A stretch of DNA of 64,000 nucleotides. It comes from Burkholderiaceae bacterium (GTDB lineage: Bacteria > Pseudomonadota > Gammaproteobacteria > Burkholderiales > Burkholderiaceae_B). Shown piece by piece: positions 30,634 through 39,475 of the stretch (position 1 is the stretch's first letter; the number at the start of each line of letters is the position of its first letter). Below the pieces are notes generated by a model. It was given only the letters and a program-made list of their open reading frames with translations. It was not told the DNA's origin and did no database searches. The DNA is taken from assembly GCA_041688825.1 (NCBI GenBank), contig JBDNHM010000027.1, forward strand, positions 13,052 to 77,051, written 5' to 3'. Both the position numbers and the translations under genes were made by a program.

Positions 30634-31334
30634 TATTTTATTTCTCTGTTAATTTTTTTCGGTTTACGAATTTTAAGACCACCGGAATCTATATCATCAA
30701 AAATACTTAAACCTGCTTCAACATGGCTTAAATGTTTGTTCATAAGATCTACGGCAACTGTTCTGTTGCGAGAAACCAAGGCATCAATGATTTCGGTATG
30801 TTCGTCGACTGAATGCTCAGCCGCTTTTGTGCTTTGATACATTAAAGTAATGAGCGAGCACCGCGAAATAAGGTCTTTTAGTAACTCAGCCAACACTTTA
30901 TTGCCCATAAGCTTGGCAATAAAAATATGGAAATCGCCCAAAAGCTCTGTTCGACTGGCAACGTCACCTACAGCAACTGCAGCCCTTTCTTGTTTGACAT
31001 GTGAACGTAACGCTGCAAAATGCACGACTGTGGCTTGGTCAACAAACTGATGAATCATTGAGGTTTCAAGCATGCGGCGTACTGCAAAAACTTGTCGAGC
31101 TTCTTCAATTGAAGGTGCCGCAACACAAGCGCCCTTAGCAGGCTCAAGTAAAACCAAGTGTTTTTGTGACAATTGAAACAATGCTTGGCGTATTAATGTT
31201 CGTGAAACCCCAAACTGTGTCGCTAATTTTTGCTCGCCCAACTTTTCGCCAGGCTTGATCCGGTGCTCAGTAATGGCTTTGGTCAAAGCAGCCACTAAAA
31301 CGCGCGTTGTGGAATTGTCTACAGTTAAAGACAT
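30633..31334 (-). CDS. GntR/FadR-family transcriptional regulator (first gene of urate operon)
   Basis: Winged-helix motif LGEQKLATQFGVSRTLIRQAL plus an FCD-type C-terminal domain. The ATG at 31334 is preferred (AAGGGG lies 11 nt upstream). The ORF extends to a GTG at 31346. Confidence 0.75.
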   Translation of the reverse strand: MSLTVDNSTTRVLVAALTKAITEHRIKPGEKLGEQKLATQFGVSRTLIRQALFQLSQKHLVLLEPAKGACVAAPSIEEARQVFAVRRMLETSMIHQFVDQATVVHFAALRSHVKQERAAVAVGDVASRTELLGDFHIFIAKLMGNKVLAELLKDLISRCSLITLMYQSTKAAEHSVDEHTEIIDALVSRNRTVAVDLMNKHLSHVEAGLSIFDDIDSGGLKIRKPKKINREIK

Positions 31335-31391
31335 TATGAAACACACCCCTTTTTTAAATTAGGTGAAAACCATTATATGATGGTGAAGATT

Positions 31392-31403
31392 ATTGTATAC
31401 AAT
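31392..31403. promoter_or_regulatory. Candidate GntR/FadR-type operator
   Basis: Perfect 12-bp palindrome ATTGTATACAAT, 32 nt upstream of the uraH ATG, in the divergent gntR/uraH intergenic region. It fits the GT-N-AC core of FadR-subfamily sites. Confidence 0.5.
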
Positions 31404-31434
31404 TTGCATTCAAATTTAAATAGAGGTTTACCCC

Positions 31435-31785
31435 ATGGGCCTTAGCACTCACGTTCTTGACACCATGCATGGCTGCCCAGCAAAACATATGCATGTTGAA
31501 CTTTACAGCACAGCTGGGCTGGTCGCTACGTTGCTTAAATCTTTTGATTTAAACGCTGATGGGCGCTCAGATGGGCCTTTGTTTGACGACCAGTCCCTTA
31601 AAACGGGCACTTATCGTTTGACGTTTGATGTCAAAGCTTATTTTTTGACTTATGGCGTTGATCTACCTGAACCCGCATTTTTAGACCGCGTCAGCATCGA
31701 CTTTGGGGTAGCTAACACCACTCAACATTACCATGTACCTTTGCTCGTTAGCCCATGGAGCTATTCAACTTATAGGGGTTCGTAA
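31435..31785 (+). CDS. uraH: 5-hydroxyisourate hydrolase (transthyretin-like)
   Basis: LSTHVLDT...G.PA and the C-terminal YHVPLLVSPWSYSTYRGS signature. Confidence 0.9.
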   Translation: MGLSTHVLDTMHGCPAKHMHVELYSTAGLVATLLKSFDLNADGRSDGPLFDDQSLKTGTYRLTFDVKAYFLTYGVDLPEPAFLDRVSIDFGVANTTQHYHVPLLVSPWSYSTYRGS

Positions 31786-33005
31786 TGATTGATTCGTATT
31801 GGCTGGAATGGGGCAATTTGTTACTACGTTGGGTGCATGTCATTGTGGCTATTGCCTGGATTGGCGCTTCTTTTTATTTTGTTTTTTTAGACAATAATCT
31901 TGTTCCGCCAGAATCGGCTGAAGCAAAAGAAAAAGGCATTAGCGGTGAAGTTTGGGCGGTGCATGGTGGTGGCTTTTACAACCCCCAAAAATATATGGTT
32001 GCGCCCAAACAAAAAATGAACAGCACACTGCACTGGTTTTATTGGGAAAGTTACACCACCTTTCTAACGGGCTTTGCGCTGTTTACTTTACTTTACTTAT
32101 ACAACGCCAGCACTTTTTTAATTGATAAGTCAGTCTTTGACTGGTCACCTGCGGCCGCAATCACAACAGCGTTGTTATTTTTAGTTGTATTTTGGCTTAT
32201 TTACGATACCGTTTGTCGAATTTTTGGTTTTAAAAAGAACGGTGAAATGATTGTCGGCGGCATCATGATGGTTGTGATTGTCTTTGCATCTTGGCTAGCC
32301 TGTCACCTGTTTGCGGGTCGCGCCGCATTTTTATTAACTGGCGCAATGATGGCCACGGCAATGAGTGCAAACGTATTTTTCTGGATCATTCCGGGGCAAC
32401 GTAAAGTAGTTGCCGCCATGAAAGCCGCCGTTATGCTTGACCCTGAAGAACTCGCACTTTACGGTAAACGCGGTAAACAACGTAGCGTGCACAACACCTA
32501 CTTTACCTTGCCCGTTATTTTTACCATGTTAAGCAATCATTATAGTTTTTTATATACCAATGATAATCGTTGGGTCATTCTTGTTTTGATGATGTTGGCT
32601 GGTGCACTCATTCGCCAATTCTTTGTTCAACGCCATGGTTATCACCTCGGTCGCGCCAAGAACCCTTTGCCTTACGCTATTGTGGGTGTGCTCGTTATTG
32701 TAGTAGTTGCCGCCATTCTTAAACCTGCACCCTCTACAGCGGCTGCAAATGTATCGCAAGCGCCGGTTGGGTTTGTTCAAGTTAACGCCATATTTGAACA
32801 ACGTTGCCTCGCTTGCCACAATGCGCAAGTGCAGATGAAAAACGTCAGGCTTGATTCGCCTGAAGCCGTTAAAAAGAACGCAGCCAATGTTTATCAACAA
32901 GTTGTTGTCTTGCGTCAAATGCCGATGAGTAATTCAACCGGCATCACTGAAGAAGAGCGCTTGATGGTCAAAAATTGGTACCAAAACGGTGCGCCCGTTC
33001 AGTAA
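31785..33005 (+). CDS. puuD: Membrane-bound urate hydroxylase PuuD (cytochrome c domain)
   Basis: Polytopic N-terminal domain plus a C-terminal CLACH heme-c motif. TAATG coupling to uraH. Confidence 0.8.
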   Translation: MIDSYWLEWGNLLLRWVHVIVAIAWIGASFYFVFLDNNLVPPESAEAKEKGISGEVWAVHGGGFYNPQKYMVAPKQKMNSTLHWFYWESYTTFLTGFALFTLLYLYNASTFLIDKSVFDWSPAAAITTALLFLVVFWLIYDTVCRIFGFKKNGEMIVGGIMMVVIVFASWLACHLFAGRAAFLLTGAMMATAMSANVFFWIIPGQRKVVAAMKAAVMLDPEELALYGKRGKQRSVHNTYFTLPVIFTMLSNHYSFLYTNDNRWVILVLMMLAGALIRQFFVQRHGYHLGRAKNPLPYAIVGVLVIVVVAAILKPAPSTAAANVSQAPVGFVQVNAIFEQRCLACHNAQVQMKNVRLDSPEAVKKNAANVYQQVVVLRQMPMSNSTGITEEERLMVKNWYQNGAPVQ

Positions 33006-33016
33006 TTGAAATAAGG

Positions 33017-33051
33017 GTGTAGGGCATTAAAGTCTATTTAATGCCCTACAC
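33017..33051. terminator. Strong hairpin between convergent puuD and GntR genes (bidirectional terminator candidate)
   Basis: 15-bp perfect stem GTGTAGGGCATTAAA / TTTAATGCCCTACAC with a 5-nt loop. There is no clean U-tract. The sequence is T-rich only on the minus-strand side. Confidence 0.55.
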
Positions 33052-33058
33052 GCAAAAC

Positions 33059-33745
33059 CTAAGAGGCAAGTAACTCTTTAGGAATGTTCATAATGAAGTT
33101 AGTCATGTTGGTGGCATCTGATGCGGGCAAAATATGCTTAATCATAGCGTGACTGGCTTTTGCTGTATCGCGATGGCGTAAAGCCTCAACTATATGACCG
33201 TGTTGCACAAACGACGAATGTATACGGCCTAAAGCGCCAAATGCGTGCAAACGATACGCCCCCGTTTGAGCCCTAATGCGCAACGCATCTTGTCGTAAAA
33301 ATGCGTTACGTGCTGCATGGTAAATTATTTCATGAAACTGTTCATTGGCTTTTTGCCAACCCTCTAAATTTTCAGTATCAGCGTGCAGTTTACTTTCGTT
33401 ATGAACCGCCTCTAACGCAGCAAACTCTTCAGCGGTAATGCGCTCACTCGCCAAACGCACCGCAATGGCTTCGATTTCCGCCAATAATTCCCAAAGACTT
33501 AATAGTTCTCTAAGATCCATCTTAGCGAGCACCATGCCGCCACGCGGCAAACTTTGCAGTAGGCCTTGCGCCTCTAACTGCAACAAAGCCTCACGAACGG
33601 GCGTTTTAGAAACGTTATAACGTGTGGCTAAGGCAGCTTCATCAATCGCCTCACCGGGAAGCACCTGGCCAAGGCGTATCAACTCTGATAAATCAGATCG
33701 TATACGATCGCTCACTTTTCTAAAAAAGCTGGGTGTTTTAGCCAT
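33059..33745 (-). CDS. GntR/FadR-family transcriptional regulator
   Basis: HTH motif LATRYNVSKTPVREAL plus an FCD domain. Divergent from the 33.9-42.0 kb operon. Confidence 0.75.
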   Translation of the reverse strand: MAKTPSFFRKVSDRIRSDLSELIRLGQVLPGEAIDEAALATRYNVSKTPVREALLQLEAQGLLQSLPRGGMVLAKMDLRELLSLWELLAEIEAIAVRLASERITAEEFAALEAVHNESKLHADTENLEGWQKANEQFHEIIYHAARNAFLRQDALRIRAQTGAYRLHAFGALGRIHSSFVQHGHIVEALRHRDTAKASHAMIKHILPASDATNMTNFIMNIPKELLAS

Positions 33746-33810
33746 TATTTATCACCAAATTAATCATTAAAACAATATATATTATATTTTATAACTTGCA
33801 AAATATTATT

Positions 33811-33825
33811 ATCTGTCGTACAAAT
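33811..33825. promoter_or_regulatory. Candidate GntR-type operator (imperfect palindrome)
   Basis: ATCTGTCGTACAAAT, with arms ATCTGT/ACAAAT (one mismatch) and a TGT-N3-ACA core, in the divergent region between the GntR gene and the operon. Confidence 0.3.
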
Positions 33826-33890
33826 ATATTTATAACAGCTGCATGTCATTAAAAAAATGACTTCAAATAAAAAATTGACTAAACGGGACA

Positions 33891-34211
33891 ATGAAAGTTA
33901 ACGAATCAATCAAGCGTTCTTTGCATTCTAAACATCAAACATTGGTGTTTAGATCGTTAAGCCTCGTTCAAGCTGAGCAGTTAATTTCAGAAGCTTGTGC
34001 GCCAAATGTGATTATTACAACAGAAGCTGAGGTCAAGCGACTTGTTAAACAGTTGGTTCGAACCAGCGTAACGCTTCAAGCTTGCCTACCTGATCTGATA
34101 AAAACAACTGATGGCGCACCTGATCAAATAAACACGAAAAGCTATTCGAACCGTACGTTTATGAAAAGTTTAATAAACGAATCGGACAAGCTGTTGAGAC
34201 AGGTAACATGA
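33891..34211 (+). CDS. Small hypothetical protein, possibly a GatC/AtzG-like partner of the downstream amidase
   Basis: ATGA overlap with the amidase start. The segment ITTEAEVKRLVKQLVRTSVTLQACLPDLIKTTDGAPD resembles, by eye only, the GatC pattern ITdEE...KQL......L..LdT.GvEP. Confidence 0.4.
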   Translation: MKVNESIKRSLHSKHQTLVFRSLSLVQAEQLISEACAPNVIITTEAEVKRLVKQLVRTSVTLQACLPDLIKTTDGAPDQINTKSYSNRTFMKSLINESDKLLRQVT

Positions 34212-35569
34212 TTGACTTACCCAACACGTTGACGCAATATCGTCGGGCCATCAAAAATAAACTTTTTGACCCGATGGTTGCACTTAAATTACAGCGCGCT
34301 AGTTTTAAAAAACTGGCTAAAAACAATCACTGTGTAGTTGATTTTTACGAAACAACACCTGTCTTAAATCAATCTTACTCAGGTGCGGCTCTTGCCCATA
34401 AAGATATTTTTGAACAAAGTCAAAGAAGCCCAGGTATTGGTTTGCGACGCGGCATACTTAACAAACGCAGCAAACAAGCGGTGTCATTACAACGGCTTGC
34501 ACAAGCCGGCTTTGCCGATCTGGGCGCTTTAAGCTTAACGCCAAACGCCTGTTCGTCAGTTGCCCAAGCCACGCCAGTTGTATCAAACACAAATCAAATT
34601 TGCATAAACCCACTTAACCCCAATTGGGTTGTTGGTGGCTCTTCAACAGGTAGCGCTGTGGCTGTTGCGTCAGGCGCTGTATTCGGTTCTTTAGGAACTG
34701 ACACAGCAGGCTCAATACGCATTCCTGCATTTACTTGCGGCATTGTGGGTTTAAAACCAACCCATGGCCTGATTCGTAAGCACGGCGTCGTCGAATTAAG
34801 CCCATCTCTTGATACAACCGGCATTTTGACTCGCAGTGCGCGTGATATTGATGTTTTACTTGAGGCCATCGCCTCTCGCAACCGGCTAGTCGCTGCGGCG
34901 TCTAACCCCGAATCGTATCGCGTTACCGGTTGGGTGCCAGAGGCAAATAAGATTGATCATTCAACTCAACTCGCTCAACATATTTCAAAAATTTTGCATT
35001 TGTTTCACCAACAACTAGGTCATACTATTAAAGAAGGTGAACTTGAGTGGGAAAACATCGCAACGCATATGCAGTCTGTGATGATGCATCACGAAGTCGG
35101 TCAAACACACCTTAGATCAATCAAAAACGGGTCTGCCAGCCCAGCTATTCGAGAATTAGGTTTGCTTGGTTTGGTTCAGCCAATTGAGTGGTACAGCTAC
35201 GCTCAAGCAACACGAACCAAATATTTAAGTCATTTTGTTAAAGCACACTTACAAAATAGCGATATTTTAATCACACCGACCTATGATTACTCAATACCCA
35301 ACGTTAATGAAGTCACCGTTGGTTCTGAGCAGTTTCAAGTTCACAAGCGCCTTGCATTACATCGTTACACCAGCTTTGTAAATTACTTAGGCTTACCCGC
35401 GTTAGTCATGCCTATTGCAAAAGACGCGAGTGGTAAACCGGTCAGCATTCAACTGATTGGCAAACCGTTTCATGAACGCACCCTTATTAATTATGCTGCA
35501 CACATTGAAAAAATAATTTTCGGTGATGATGGCATTTTGCCGACTTATTTTTTATCTGGAAATCAATAA
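34208..35569 (+). CDS. Amidase-signature (AS) family amidase
   Basis: GGSSTGSAVAVASG...GTDTAGSIRIPA signature with the upstream HKD lysine. 453 aa. Confidence 0.85.
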   Translation: MIDLPNTLTQYRRAIKNKLFDPMVALKLQRASFKKLAKNNHCVVDFYETTPVLNQSYSGAALAHKDIFEQSQRSPGIGLRRGILNKRSKQAVSLQRLAQAGFADLGALSLTPNACSSVAQATPVVSNTNQICINPLNPNWVVGGSSTGSAVAVASGAVFGSLGTDTAGSIRIPAFTCGIVGLKPTHGLIRKHGVVELSPSLDTTGILTRSARDIDVLLEAIASRNRLVAAASNPESYRVTGWVPEANKIDHSTQLAQHISKILHLFHQQLGHTIKEGELEWENIATHMQSVMMHHEVGQTHLRSIKNGSASPAIRELGLLGLVQPIEWYSYAQATRTKYLSHFVKAHLQNSDILITPTYDYSIPNVNEVTVGSEQFQVHKRLALHRYTSFVNYLGLPALVMPIAKDASGKPVSIQLIGKPFHERTLINYAAHIEKIIFGDDGILPTYFLSGNQ

Positions 35570-35570
35570 C

Positions 35571-36767
35571 ATGAGCAAAATTCAGGCTAGCGAAGCCCTC
35601 AAAAATTTGAAAGTCATTGATTTGTCGCGTGTTCGCGCAGGCCCTAATTGTGTTCGCATATTGACCGACTTTGGTGCTGATGTCATACGCGTTGAGCCGC
35701 CTTTAGGTATTGACCCTAATGAAGCGATGTTCGCTGCCAATCGTGTTGGCGGTGACTTTCAAAACATTAACCGCAACAAGCGGTCAATGACATTAAATTT
35801 AAAAAAACCCGGTGCAAGAGACATCTTAATGAAGTTGGTTAAAGATGCCGATATCGTTGTTGAAAACTGGCGCCCTGATGTAAAAAATAAATTAGGTATT
35901 GACTACGAAACTTTAGCAGCCGTGAACCCACGCATTATTTTGGCCAGCATTTCAGGCTATGGCCAAGATGGGCCTTACGCCAAGCGGCCCGGTTTCGATC
36001 AAATTATGCAAGGCATGGGCGGCCTCATGTCTGTAACCGGCCACCCTGAATCAGGGCCTGTTCGTGCGGGTCTAGCCGTGGCAGACATGAGCGCGGGTTT
36101 ATATTCTGCGTTAGGCATCTTAATTGCTGTGATCGAACGCGAAACGTCTGGTAAAGGTCAGTGGGTTCAAACTTCATTGTTACATTCACAGATCGCAATG
36201 ATGGACTTTCAAGTCGCACGATACTTAAATGAAGGTGACATTCCAGTACAAGTTGGCAATGACCACCCGACTAGCAGCCCCATGGGTTTATTTGAAGCCT
36301 CTGACGGCGTATTCAATTTAGGTGCTTCAGGCGAAGGAAATTGGGCACGCTTGTGCGAGCTATTAAATAAACCCGAATGGCACCAAGACCCTGAGTTTGT
36401 TACGGAAACACTTCGCGTGAAAAATCGTGAGCGCTTAAATAGCTTATTAGCTACCGTTTTTAAAATTCAAACGGTTGAACAATGGGTTGATCAACTCAAT
36501 GATATTGGCATTCCAGCAGGCCCCATTTATTCAGTACCCGAACTGGTTAACGACCCTCAAGTTAAGCATTTAAACGTGATTACCACGTTACCTAATGTGT
36601 ATGACAAAGACATGCACTATATCAACCAGCCCATGCACTTGACGCGCACCCCTTCCAAGGTCGTAAGCCCCGCGCCTGGCTGGGGTGAACACACCGATGA
36701 AGTGCTTGAATCATTAGGTTTTAATTCTTCTGAAATAACAACTTTGCATCAACAAGGCGTGGTTTAG
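35571..36767 (+). CDS. Family III CoA-transferase (CaiB/BaiF/Frc-like)
   Basis: LKVIDLSRVRAGPNCVRILTDFGADVIRVEPP N-terminus and catalytic-Asp region GLAVADMSAG. The ATG at 35571 lies 1 nt after the amidase stop. Confidence 0.85.
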   Translation: MSKIQASEALKNLKVIDLSRVRAGPNCVRILTDFGADVIRVEPPLGIDPNEAMFAANRVGGDFQNINRNKRSMTLNLKKPGARDILMKLVKDADIVVENWRPDVKNKLGIDYETLAAVNPRIILASISGYGQDGPYAKRPGFDQIMQGMGGLMSVTGHPESGPVRAGLAVADMSAGLYSALGILIAVIERETSGKGQWVQTSLLHSQIAMMDFQVARYLNEGDIPVQVGNDHPTSSPMGLFEASDGVFNLGASGEGNWARLCELLNKPEWHQDPEFVTETLRVKNRERLNSLLATVFKIQTVEQWVDQLNDIGIPAGPIYSVPELVNDPQVKHLNVITTLPNVYDKDMHYINQPMHLTRTPSKVVSPAPGWGEHTDEVLESLGFNSSEITTLHQQGVV

Positions 36768-36769
36768 CA

Positions 36770-37549
36770 ATGGGTGTGATCATCACGACACATTCGGCTG
36801 AGGGTATTGCAACGGTAACCCTCTCGAACCCAAGCCGCCTAAATGCCATGAAACTGAGCATGTGGCATGCACTCGCTGAAACGATGCAGGCACTGTCATC
36901 TGACCCCAAAACAAGAGTAGTGATTATTCGTGGTGAGGGTGACGCTGCATTTGTTTCAGGCGCTGATATTTCTGAATTCGCCACAGTACGTGAAACACCT
37001 GCTGCAGTGCAGGCTTATGACCTAGCCGTTTTAAAGGCTGAAGAAGCCATCAGCCACTGCAACAAACCTGTTTTAGCCGCCATATCAGGTATATGTTATG
37101 GCGGTGGTTTAGGCATTGCGCTGTGTTGCGACTTACGCTATAGCAGTGATACTGCCCGTTTTAGCTTGCCTGCCGCCAAACTAGGCTTAGGTTACAGCTT
37201 AAACAATATTAAACGCATGCAAAGTGTTATTGGTAGCGCTCAAACTTATCACTTTTTGTTAACCGCACGCGTGTGCGAAAGTGTTGAAGCTTTAAATGTT
37301 GGCATGATTCATGCTTATGAAAAAGATGTCTTTTCATACGTTGTTACTCAAGCTAAAAAAATAGCCATGCTTGCACCTTTAACCCTATCATCAATCAAAT
37401 TAGCCATGCGTCATCTCTATGGCGGAGACCACGCACCTGATGTCAGTGCAGTACACCAAGCCGCAGTGGCTTGTTTTGAGAGCCTTGATTATGCCGAAGG
37501 CCGAAAAGCGTTCAAAGAAAAACGCACCCCAAAATTTGTAGGTCAGTAG
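36770..37549 (+). CDS. Crotonase-fold (enoyl-CoA hydratase/isomerase superfamily) protein lacking hydratase glutamates
   Basis: Oxyanion-hole blocks FVSGADI and GICYGGGLGIAL are present. The positions of both canonical hydratase Glu residues read G (GGGLG) and A (LPAAKLG). Confidence 0.8.
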   Translation: MGVIITTHSAEGIATVTLSNPSRLNAMKLSMWHALAETMQALSSDPKTRVVIIRGEGDAAFVSGADISEFATVRETPAAVQAYDLAVLKAEEAISHCNKPVLAAISGICYGGGLGIALCCDLRYSSDTARFSLPAAKLGLGYSLNNIKRMQSVIGSAQTYHFLLTARVCESVEALNVGMIHAYEKDVFSYVVTQAKKIAMLAPLTLSSIKLAMRHLYGGDHAPDVSAVHQAAVACFESLDYAEGRKAFKEKRTPKFVGQ

Positions 37550-37627
37550 TTGTCAGTTTGAAGTGTCTTAGCCGTTTAAATTAAAACGAAACTTTTTTTT
37601 CACACAGCACTGAAAGGAATCATAACC

Positions 37628-38614
37628 ATGAAGATTTTTAAAGTTGTTACGACCGCCATACTTGCCTGCACGGCAAGTGTAGCCTTCGCACAAAACCTCA
37701 TACCTGAACCCGCACCTTTACCTGTAAAAGTGATCCTTAATGTGGGTTATCTTAAGGTAGGTCACATGTCACCCATTTTGGCAGTTGACGAACGTTTAAA
37801 AAAAATGAACGTTGAAGTTAAACGCGCAGACTTTGTTCGTTACGCCGATGCACGAACTGCGTTGTTATCAAACACCATTGATTTAACCGCTGTGGGCCCA
37901 CTTGATTTAGCCATTGCGGCAGCCCAAGGCAGTAAAAACTTAGTAGGCTTATCTGGCGTTGCTAGCTCACAGAAGTTTTTAGTGGTTCGTAAAGGCGTCA
38001 AAATTGATACTTGGGCTGACATTGCTGGCAAGAAAATTGCTATTGCACCCGGTTCAGCAGTATGGTTTCAATTTGCTATGACGCTCATTGAAAAAGGCAT
38101 TCCTTACAATTCATTTACAGCAGTAAATGTACAAGGTGGCGGCACCGCCTTTCTGCAAGCAATGGGTCGTGGTGACATTGACGCCATGGTACTGTGGGAG
38201 CCCTTTGAAAGCCAAGCGGTTGCTGAAGGCATGGCGTATTTCGCTAAAGGCTTAGAGTACAGCCAATCAAAAGCAGTTGGGGCAGAGTTAGGCATGATTG
38301 CAGCAACACGCCAAGCACTTGATACTAAGCGTGAAGCCATCAAGCGCTTTCTTTGGGTATACATAGACGAGCAGAAAAAAATGGCCGCAGACAGTGCCTT
38401 ATTTGCTGCTAACTACTCAGCCTACACGGGGTTACCTGTAACGATTACCGGCCCTTCAGCCGAAGTCATACGTTTAGGTGGCGTACTCGATGTCGGTCAA
38501 ATGCAGCGTATGTCTGAAGCCGCTTTTAAACAAGGCATCGTGCCAAAAAATGTTTCAGATCAAATGATCGAGCTCTTTGACACATCAGTTGTTGCAGAAA
38601 TTACTCAGCGTTAA
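37628..38614 (+). CDS. ABC transporter substrate-binding protein (NMT1/THI5-like, NitT/TauT family)
   Basis: Sec signal peptide (...ACTASVAFAQ) and an SsuA/NMT1-like two-lobe pattern. Confidence 0.75.
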   Translation: MKIFKVVTTAILACTASVAFAQNLIPEPAPLPVKVILNVGYLKVGHMSPILAVDERLKKMNVEVKRADFVRYADARTALLSNTIDLTAVGPLDLAIAAAQGSKNLVGLSGVASSQKFLVVRKGVKIDTWADIAGKKIAIAPGSAVWFQFAMTLIEKGIPYNSFTAVNVQGGGTAFLQAMGRGDIDAMVLWEPFESQAVAEGMAYFAKGLEYSQSKAVGAELGMIAATRQALDTKREAIKRFLWVYIDEQKKMAADSALFAANYSAYTGLPVTITGPSAEVIRLGGVLDVGQMQRMSEAAFKQGIVPKNVSDQMIELFDTSVVAEITQR

Positions 38615-38623
38615 ACAAGCAAA

Positions 38624-38661
38624 CGGTTTGATCAAACTGCTTATCTCGTTTGATCAAACCG
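38624..38661 (+). promoter_or_regulatory. Intercistronic stem-loop between the SBP and permease genes
   Basis: The 12-bp palindrome GTTTGATCAAAC occurs twice (38626-38637 and 38648-38659). With the flanking CG pairs this gives a 14-bp perfect stem and a 10-nt loop. No U-tract. Confidence 0.55.
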
Positions 38662-38676
38662 CCAAAGGAATGGCTC

Positions 38677-39468
38677 ATGAAGCGTATTAAAGTGTTTTTA
38701 AATGGCATTGCCGTGCCCATTGCTGTACTTATTATTTGGCAGTTCGCCGGCGGCATGTCTAATATGGCAGGTGTATTACCCACCCCCGTAGCTGTCATTA
38801 AAGGTTGGGAAGGTTGGATATTTGGTGAAGTTGGCATGGGGCTAAACGCCTATTCGGGCACCTGGTTGGCCAACGTTCAGTACTCAACTATGCGTGTATT
38901 TCAAGGGTTTACGCTTGCCGCCATTTTAGGCGTGCCCCTCGGTTTATTGATCGGCTGGAGCCGCTTTATTGCGCAGGTGTTTGACCCCTTTATTCAAAGC
39001 CTTCGACCCATTCCCATTACAGCGTGGCTGCCCTTTTCTATTGCCCTGTTTGGTATCAGTGACATGGGTTCAATTTTTCTAATTTTTCTAGGTGGTTTTT
39101 ACGCCATCGTTGTCAACGCCACACAAGGTGCACGCGATGTCGATCGAAACTTAATTCGTGCTGCATCGATGATGGGTGCGAGTCGTGCACAACTGTTGCG
39201 CCGTGTCGTTTTCCCTGCCGCACTACCAAATATCTTTACGGGCTTACGCATCGGTTTAGGCATTTCTTGGACAGCTGTAATCGTTTCAGAGATGGTTGCC
39301 GTGAAGTCAGGCCTAGGCTACGTCTTGTGGGACGCATATTACGTGGGTCGTATGGACATCGTATTGGCCGATATGGTGTCAATTGGTTTGATGGGTTTCA
39401 TCACCGACCGTTTAATCGTCACCATTGAGCGCGTTACATTGAAATGGCGTTTTTTACAGAATCATTGA
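38677..39468 (+). CDS. ABC transporter permease (NitT/TauT family)
   Basis: 6-TM BPD-type permease. The ATG at 38677 has AAGGA 9 nt upstream, and I prefer it to the TTG at 38650. Confidence 0.8.
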   Translation: MKRIKVFLNGIAVPIAVLIIWQFAGGMSNMAGVLPTPVAVIKGWEGWIFGEVGMGLNAYSGTWLANVQYSTMRVFQGFTLAAILGVPLGLLIGWSRFIAQVFDPFIQSLRPIPITAWLPFSIALFGISDMGSIFLIFLGGFYAIVVNATQGARDVDRNLIRAASMMGASRAQLLRRVVFPAALPNIFTGLRIGLGISWTAVIVSEMVAVKSGLGYVLWDAYYVGRMDIVLADMVSIGLMGFITDRLIVTIERVTLKWRFLQNH

Positions 39469-39475
39469 GGTTTTC

